A DNA stretch of 64,000 bases, from positions 2,418,001-2,482,000 of the forward strand of contig OZ024765.1 in the NCBI GenBank assembly GCA_964016885.1, in the 5' to 3' direction. A model generated the notes under the pieces. The model did not search any database, had not been told where the DNA came from, and saw nothing but the letters and a program-made list of their open reading frames with translations. The translations under genes were made by a program, and so were the position numbers. Each line of letters starts with the position of its first letter. The first letter of the stretch is position 1. Positions 56,004 through 64,000 of the stretch are shown one piece after another. The stretch comes from Eledone cirrhosa (lineage: Eukaryota).

Positions 56004-56179
56004 CCTAAATGTATCATAGGCCCCTCGGGCCCAACAGGCATGTTACAGCCGACAGCACAAACACAGGAGATGAACTTTACTATCATGGTCTTGAGGCTGA
56101 ACATCTTGGGAATGTGGGTACCATTAAGAAAGCCTGTAACTTCAGGAATCCCTGAACCACCAGCACCGGGGCAGAGGAA
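56004..56179 (-). CDS. CLC transporter visible exon 4 (GSGIPE and GPEGP motifs)
   Basis: gaaaag|TTC...GG|gtaagt; 176 nt; FLCPGAGGSGIPEVTGFLNG...VGPEGPMIHLG carries the selectivity-filter serine and the gating glutamate. Confidence 0.96.
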
Positions 56180-56315
56180 CTTTTCAGAGGGGAGAGGAGT
56201 TACAGAGAGAGAGAAAGAAAGAGAGAAGGACTGAACATTATTTAAATATGAGAGATAAAGAAAGAGATAGGGGAGATATGAGCACAAGAATATACAAAAT
56301 ATTATATATATATTT

Positions 56316-56735
56316 CTAGGGCGGGTAAAATTCCCGAGATCCATGGACGAGTTGTCTCCAGCAGTCTCTGTCCCTCATTATCGCTGCCATGTCCTGCGTC
56401 TCCAACAGACCAGTGTCTGTCTTTCGGGCATCAGCATATGTTAACCTCGGTCTACCTCTTCCAGTGTGTCCATGTAGGGGCTCCCACAGGAGCACTGAGT
56501 GCAGTGTCAACTCTGGATGTCGGTGAGCATGTCCAGCTAACCTCAGTCTCCTCTGTGTCACTTTTGAGCTGACTTTTGGGAGGCTCCCGTACAGCTCTGA
56601 GTTCTTCATCCTCAGTGTATACTGATTAATGTTCAGAGACATCCTCAGCATTCTCGTGTAGCACCCACCCACCATCTGAATGAGTTTCTTGGTCAGTGTC
56701 CAAGTCTCAGACCCGTACAGCAGCACAGACTCCAC
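56316..56735 (-). mobile_element. RTE LINE family A fragment, inverted relative to the 46750 and 58420 copies
   Basis: ESVLLYGSETWTLTKK...QRRLRLAGHAHRHPELTLHSVLLWEP...GRPRLTY...; highly similar to 46750-47234. Confidence 0.92.
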
Positions 56736-57021
56736 TATATATAAATAAGAAGGAAGTACAGCATCATCGAAGCTCTGGTTGCAGCCAAGCTAACGGATGC
56801 AGTCGGGGTGTGCAGCTAAAGCACTCAATAAGGAATATTACCTTAGAGTTATTACATTACGTTTAGACAGCTATGGAAAATTGAAGACAGCGACCGATAA
56901 GCGTACCGCTAGCACCAGAACAACAAAAAAAACGACTCAGGAAAATTATATATATACACACACACACACAGGGATATATATAAACATATACCTACATACA
57001 CAGATATATCTATATATATAT

Positions 57022-57250
57022 AAGACTGCGTTGGTATGGACATGTGATGCACATGGAGGATGACCGCTGGGTGAAGAAGTAGAAGGAAGACGCAGTTGAG
57101 GTAGACCACAACAATCATGGGCGTAGGTGGTGAGAGCTGACCTCAGATCGCTGAAGCTCACGGAGGAGATGACAAAGGACTCTGGCGAATGGAGAGATGC
57201 TGTGCTGAATAGGATCCATCCCACCCTTGCAAGCAGGGAAAAGCGGACAT
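57022..57250 (+). mobile_element. RTE LINE family B fragment
   Basis: RLRWYGHVMHMEDDRWVKK...GRP...VVRADLRSLKLTEEMTKDSGEWRDAVLNRIHPTLASREKRT; degenerate tandem pieces also at about 43130-43525. Confidence 0.85.
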
Positions 57251-57813
57251 ATTTATACATACTCACACACAGACAGATATATATATATTTATATGGAGGC
57301 ACATGGCTTAGTGGTTAGAGCATTGGCCTTGCAATCAAAAGGTTGTGAGTTCAATTCTCAGACCGGGTAATGTTGTTTCCTTGAGCAAGACACTTTATTT
57401 CACATTGCTCCAGTTTACTCAGCTGTAGAAATGAGATGATAGGGACTGGGGTCCCTATCATTCCACTGTAAAGTGGATGTGTAGGTGCCACGAAAAAGCA
57501 CCCAGCACTCACTGTAAATGAGGTTGGTGTTAGGAAGGGCATCCAGCTGTAGAAACCAAGGCAGAATCAGTTCCTGTCCCACCCTTGCAAGCAGGGAAAA
57601 GTGGATGTAAAATGAAATGAATGAATGAAATATATATATATATCTTCTGAAACTCAGAAAATCCCGTTAAGGTTGAAAGCAGCGATTCTTTGCTTAACTT
57701 TAATCTTATTTTAATAAATATTTGCTCTAGGGTTCTTATATATTTGATATATATTTATCCTTATCGAACCCTCTTTGGATTTTAGTCTTCACATTTATTA
57801 TTATTAATATCTA

Positions 57814-57861
<48 letters not shown>

Positions 57862-58419
57862 TATCGACAGTCGATCGACTTTCATCAAATTGGACCAAGG
57901 AAACAATGTTTCCATTGGTCTTTCCAACTGCTAATACTACCTCTCGGTGGCAACTCTAGGTAGACGGTCCAACGTGAAATAAAGTGTCTTGCTCAAGGAC
58001 ATAACGCATCACCCGGTCCAGGAATCGAACTCACAACCTCACGATTGCGAATCCAATTCTCTTACCACTCAGCCACACGTCTTCATATATATATATATAG
58101 GAACAAGTATGACCCCGACGGCAGAGCTCAAGCCGTTTCGACGGCTAATTCTGTACTGAATTAGCCGTCGAAACGGCTTGAGCTCAGCCGTCGGGGTCTT
58201 ACTTGTTCCTATTACCCACTCTACTACCCTAAGTATTGAGTACTTTGGTGCGTTATGGTCCACCTGGTTCCTTACCACATTTCCTTCATATATATATATA
58301 TATATATATAGGGGCCAACCGTTGAGGAAACAGCATTTACTTCCTAACATCAACCATATTTACAGTGAGGAACACATACAACAACAAAAAAAAATATATA
58401 TATATATATATAGAGAGAG

Positions 58420-58713
58420 ATGAAAAACTCAGAGCTGTATGGGAGCATCCCAAAAGTCAGCTCAAATGTGACACAGAGGAGACTGAGGTTGGCTGGACAT
58501 GCTCACCGACATCCAGAGTTGACATTGCACTCAGTGCTCCTTTGGGAGCCCCTACATGGACACACTAGAAGAGGAAGACCAAGGTTAACATATGTTGATG
58601 CCCTAAGGACAGACACTGGTCTGTTGGAGATGCAGGATATGGCAGCGATAATGAGGGACAGAGACCGCTGGAGAGAACTCGTCCATGGATCTCGGGAATT
58701 TTACCCGCCTTAG
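58420..58713 (+). mobile_element. RTE LINE family A fragment
   Basis: MKNSELYGSIPKVSSNVTQRRLRLAGHAHRHPELTL...GRPRLTYVDAL...REFYPP*. Confidence 0.92.
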
Positions 58714-58748
58714 ATAGATAAATAGATATATATAGAAACTCTACTGAC

Positions 58749-58829
58749 CACAACAGTACTTGAACTGACCAGCACAAACAGGATACTGTAAGCAAGGGAC
58801 CAACCCCAAGCTGCTACATAGTCTAAATT
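58749..58829 (-). CDS. CLC transporter visible exon 3 (helix C)
   Basis: tttcag|AAT...GTG|gtcagt; 81 nt, phase 0/0; NLDYVAAWGWSLAYSILFVLVSSSTVV; this frame is missing from the ORF track. Confidence 0.9.
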
Positions 58830-59554
58830 CTGAAAATAAAACGAAAAATATAAGAATTTTCTGTAAAAAAAAAAAGGAAATTTGCATTGAGCTCAGCCAT
58901 CGGGCACTAACTATTCACTATATATGTGTGTGTGTAGATATAGATGTGTGAGTGTGTGTGTATAATGTGTGTGTATATATGCGTGTGTGTGTGTATATAG
59001 ATGTGTGTGTGTGTGTGTGTATATAAATGTGTGTGTGTGTGTGTGTGTATATAGATGTGTGAGTGTGTGTGTATAAATGTGTGTGTGTATAGATGTGTGT
59101 GTGTGTGTATAAAATGTCTGTATATATAAATGTGTGTGTGTGTGTATATAGATGTGTGAGTGTGTGTGTATAAATGTGTGTGTATATGTGTGTGTGTGTG
59201 TATATAGATGTGTGTGTGTGTGTGTATATAAATGTGTGTGTATATATAAATGTGTGTGTGTGTGTGTGTGTATATATAAATGTAAGTGTGTGTGTGTACA
59301 CATACTTTTGCACAAGGTCATCAATTTTAGGGGAAGAGAAAGTCGATTAAATCAACCCCAGTGCATTACTGGTACTTTATTTTATCGACGCCATAAGGAT
59401 GAAAGGCAAAGTTAACCTCAGCGGGATTTGAACTTAGAACGTAAAGGGCCGTAACTCTATGCCAAAAAGCAAGGCGTCCAACACTCTACCGATACTGTAT
59501 ATCCACCGCCGCCCTAATAATATTAACACAATAGTAATAATAATAATCACTGAC

Positions 59555-59684
59555 CTCGATATACTCGGTAGCCTTGGTCCATTTCACATCGGCAATGAGT
59601 TCAATCAACTGATGCATGACAAAGCCTATGAATCCAACTGCAAACCCGATGATTCCCATCAGAAGCCATCGCTGGGTCTGGTAC
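59555..59684 (-). CDS. CLC transporter visible exon 2 (helix B)
   Basis: ttccag|G...GAG|gtcagt; 130 nt; (R)YQTQRWLLMGIIGFAVGFIGFVMHQLIELIADVKWTKATEYIE. Confidence 0.93.
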
Positions 59685-59778
59685 CTGGAAATATACAACG
59701 CAATTATCATCATCATCATCATTTTTACTTTTACTTTTTAACTAATATCTCCTCATCATCATTTCTTTTTTGTCTGTA

Positions 59779-62482
59779 AAATCTGTCCAGTGATTCTTTC
59801 CTGAGACATTCTAACCACATGTCCATAGTATCAGAGCTGTGATCTCTCAATTCAGAGAAGTAGCAGCTCTACCTGGAGTGACTCTCTGATCTCCGAGCTA
59901 CAAATCTCTCCAGTGATTCTTTCCTGAGATATACTAACCACATGTCCATAATATTAGAGCTGTGATCTCTCAATTCAGAGAAGTAGCAGCTCTACCTGGA
60001 GTGACCCTCTGATCTCCGAGCTACAAATCTGTCCAGTGATTCTTTCCTGAGACATTCTAACCACATGTCCATAATATCAGAGCTGTGATCTCTCAATTCA
60101 GAGAAGTAGCAGCTCTACCTGGAGTGACCCTCTGATCTCCGAGCTACTACAAATCTGTCCAGTGATTCTTTCCTGAGACATTCTAACCACATGTCCATAG
60201 TATCGGAGCTGTGATCTCTCAATTCAGAGAAGTAGCAGCTCTACCTGGAGCAACTCTCTGATCTCCGAGCTACAAATCTCTCCAGAGATTCTTTCCTGAG
60301 ACATTCTAACCACATGTCCATAGTATCAGAGCTGTGATCTCTCAATTCAGAGAAGTAGCAGCTCTACTTGGAGTGACTCTCTGATCTCCGAGCTACAAAT
60401 CTCTCCAGTGATTCTTTCCCGAGACATTCTAACCACATGTCCATAATATCAGAGCTGTGATCTCTCAATTCAGAGAAGTAGCAGCTCTACCTGGAGTGAC
60501 CCTCTGATCTCCGAGCTACAAATATCTCCAGTGATTCTTTCCTGAGACATTCTAACCACATGTCCATAGTATCGGAGCTGTGATCTCTCAATTCAGAGAA
60601 GTAGCAGCTCTACCTGGAGCAACTCTCTGATCTCCGAGCTACAAATCTCTCCAGTGATTCTTTCCCGAGACATTCTAACCACATGTCCATAGTATCAGAA
60701 CTGTGATCTCTCAATTCAGAGAAGTAGCAGCTCTACCTGGAGTGACCCTCTGATCTCCGAGCTACAAATCTCTCCAGTGATTCTTTCCTGAGACATTCTA
60801 ACCACATGTCCATAGTATCAGAGCTGGGATCTCTCAGTTCAGAGAAGTAGCAACTCTACCTGGAGTGACCCTCTGATCTCCGAGCTACAAATCTCTCCAG
60901 TGATTCTTTCCTGAGATATACTAACCACATGTCCATAATATTAGAGCTGTGATCTCTCAATTCAGAGAAGTAGCAGCTCTACCTGGAGTGACCCTCTGAT
61001 CTCCGAGCTACAAATCTGTCCAGTGATTCTTTCCTGAGACATTCTAACCACATGTCCATAATATCAGAGCTGTGATCTCTCAATTCAGAGAAGTAGCAGC
61101 TCTACCTGGAGTGACCCTCTGATCTCCGAGCTACAAATATCTCCAGTGATTCTTTCCTGAGACATTCTAACCACATGTCCATAGTATCGGAGCTGTGATC
61201 TCTCAATTCAGAGAAGTAGCAGCTCTACCTGGAGCAACTCTCTGATCTCCGAGCTACAAATCTCTCCAGTGATTCTTTCCTGAGACATTCTAACCACTTG
61301 TCCATAGTATCAGAGCTGTGATCTCTCAATTCAGAGAAGTAGCAGCTCTACTTGGAGTGACTCTCTGATCTCCGAGCTACAAATCTCTCCAGTGATTCTT
61401 TCCCGAGACATTCTAACCACATGTCCATAATATCAGAGCTGTGATCTCTCAATTCAGAGAAGTAGCAGCTCTACCTGGAGTGACCCTCTGATCTCCGAGC
61501 TACAAATATCTCCAGTGATTCTTTCCTGAGACATTCTAACCACATGTCCATAGTATCGGAGCTGTGATCTCTCAATTCAGAGAAGTAGCAGCTCTACCTG
61601 GAGCAACTCTCTGATCTCCGAGCTACAAATCTCTCCAGTGATTCTTTCCTGAGACATTCTAACCACATGTCCATAGTATCAGAGCTGGGATCTCTCAATT
61701 CAGAGAAGTAGCAGCTCTACCTGGAGTGACTCTCTGATCTCCGAGCTCCAAATCTCTCCAGTGATTCTTTCCCGAGACATTCTAACCACATGTCCATAAT
61801 ATCAGAGCTGTGATCTCTCAATTCAGAGAAGTAGCAGCTCTACCTGGAGTGACCCTCTGATCTCCGAGCTACAAATCTCTCCAGTGATTCTTTCCTGAGA
61901 CATTCTAACCACATGTCCATAATATCAGAGCTGTGATCTCTCAATTCAGAGAAGTAGCAACTCTACCTGGAGTGACCCTCTGATCTCCGAGCTACAAATC
62001 TCTCCAGTGATTCTTTCCTGAGACATACTAACCACATGTCCATAGTATCAGAGCTGTGATCTCTCAATTCAGAGAAGTAGCAACTCTACCTGGAGTGACC
62101 CTCTGATCTCCGAGCTACAAATATCTCCAGTGATTCTTTCCTGAGACATTCTAACCACATGTCCATAGTATCAGAGCTGTGATCTCTCAATTCAGAGAAG
62201 TAGCAGCTCTACCTGGAGCAACTCTCTGATCTCCGAGCTACAAATCTCTCCAGTGATTCTTTCCTGAGACATTCTAACCACATGTCCATAGTATCAGAGC
62301 TGTGATCTCTCAATTCAGAGAAGTAGCAGCTCTACTTGGAGTGACTCTCTGATCTCCGAGCTACAAATCTCTCCAGTGATTCTTTCCTCAGACATTCTAA
62401 CCACATGTCCATAATATCAGAGCTGTGATCTCTCAATTCAGAGAAGTAGCAGCTCTACCTAGAGTGACTCTCTGATCTCCAA
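59779..62482 (-). repeat. 123-bp tandem satellite (about 22 copies) derived from RTE LINE coding sequence
   Basis: Period 123 (59779 vs 59902); the minus strand of a unit translates to SSEIRESLQVELLLL*IERSQL*YYGHVVRMSQERITGEIC. Confidence 0.9.
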
Positions 62483-62527
62483 GTTAAATAATTATAATTT
62501 TTTTTTTTTTTAAATTAAAAAGTAAAT

Positions 62528-63673
62528 GAACCCTTTAGCATTTAAACCAGCCACATTCAGCCAGAATTCTCTCATCATTTTCTGTTAAAACCGGCTATAA
62601 TTGGTCACTCATACTGATGTTAAGGTATTGTTCTCAACATAAATAATATTAAAATCTCATAGATTCGATATTATGTGAGGTAAAGCCTTTACTGTGAAAA
62701 TACAATAGTATATATAGAGTAATGTAAATATTATGTGAGATATTATGTGAGGTAAAGACTTTACTGTGAAAATACAATAGTATATATAGAGTAATGTAAA
62801 TGTTATGTGAGATATTATGTGAGGTAAACCTTTACTGTGAAAATACAATAGTATATATAGAGTAATGTAAATGTTATGTGAGATATTATGTGAGGTAAAG
62901 ACTTTACTGTGAAAATACAATAGTATATATAGAGTAATGTAAATGTTATGTGAGGTATTATGTGAGGTAAAGCCTTTACTGTGAAAATACAATAGTATAT
63001 ATAGAGTAATGTAAATGTTATGTGAGATATTATGTGAGGTAAAGACTTTACTGTGAAAATACAATAGTATATATAGAGTAATGTAAATGTCATGTGAGAT
63101 ATTATGTGAGGTAAATACTTTACTGTGAAAATACAATAGTATATATAGAGTAATGTAAATGTTATGTGAGATATTATGTGAGGTAAAGACTTTACTGTGA
63201 AAATACAATAGTATATATAGAGTAATGTAAATGCTATGTGAGATATTATGTGAGGTAAAGCCTTTACTGTGAAAATACAATAGTATATATAGAGTAATGT
63301 AAATGTTATGTGAGATATTATGTGAGGTAAAGCCTTTACTGTGAAAATACAATAGTATATATAGAGTAATGTAAATGTTATGTGAGATATTATGTGAGGT
63401 AAAGCCTTTACTGAAAATACAATAGTATATATAGAGTAATGTAAATGTCATGTGAGATATTATGTGAGGTAAATACTTTACTGTGAAAATACAATAGTAT
63501 ATATAGAGTAATGTAAATGTTATGTGAGATATTATGTGAGGTAAATACTTTACTGAAAATACAATAGTATATATAGAGTAATGTAAATGTCATGTGAGAT
63601 ATTATGCGAGGTAAAGCCTTTACTGTGAAAATACAATAGTATATATAGAGTAATGTAAATGCTGAAGGGTTAA
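62528..63673 (-). mobile_element. TTAA-MITE with an internal 72-bp array expanded to about 14 copies
   Basis: Ends aaccctttagcattt... and ...aaatgctgaagggttaa; array 62666-63662 is the reverse complement of the 38930-39714 unit. Confidence 0.85.
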
Positions 63674-63706
63674 AAACAGGAAATTGTAGAAGTAAAAGCA
63701 ACCCAC

Positions 63707-63849
63707 CTTGAGCTTCGTTGTCTCTTTAACCAGTTCTTGTATACATTGCTGTGAGAAGGGAGATAATCTAAACTTGTAAATGTGGCAAGAAACCTCTTCT
63801 CTTGTTCTGTATACTGATGACTGATATCTGCTGGCTGAAAGTCCCTGCC
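63707..63849 (-). CDS. CLC Cl-/H+ transporter (CLC-6/7-related, CLC-C-like), first visible exon; 5' end lies outside the window
   Basis: ctag|GGC...AG|gtgggt; 143 nt; GRDFQPADISHQYTEQEKRFLATFTSLDYLPSHSNVYKNWLKRQRSS includes the SLDY motif typical of CLC-6/7-type N-termini; phase matches the next exon. Confidence 0.9.
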
Positions 63850-63925
63850 CTAGAAGGAGGAGAGAAAAAACACAGTAATATCATTTTGAATCCAGGTAGT
63901 GTTGGTGACAGCAAAGTAGTATATA

Positions 63926-63982
<57 letters not shown>

Positions 63983-64000
63983 CACCCTTGCAAGCAGGGA

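Overview
AT-rich, microsatellite-dense eukaryotic DNA, most likely an octopus or other coleoid cephalopod (inferred from CORE- and Nin-domain tRNA-SINEs and the extreme (TA)n content). The one well-supported protein-coding gene is a minus-strand CLC chloride/proton transporter of the CLC-6/7-related 'CLC-C-like' group. I assembled 16 GT-AG exons between 63849 and 42066 that join in frame to 795 aa plus stop, and the N-terminus lies beyond the window. Nearly all long ORFs in the supplied track are microsatellite artefacts. The rest of the window holds RTE and RTE-X LINE fragments, mariner remnants, TTAA-flanked MITEs, SINEs and many tandem arrays, several visibly amplified from pieces of transposons. 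The most notable unannotated layer is a set of minimal type-I hammerhead ribozyme motifs (Penelope-like pseudo-LTR relics) sitting in fold-back inverted repeats beside (TA)n tracts. Four families with unrelated stem sequences share a C mismatch at the 4th pair of helix II and an ATA cleavage triplet. Candidate promoters and orphan exons (tandem CLEAR/E-boxes at 10.6 kb; CCAAT plus a splice donor at 34.8 kb) hint at unannotated non-coding transcripts. All analysis was by eye, and repeat boundaries are approximate.
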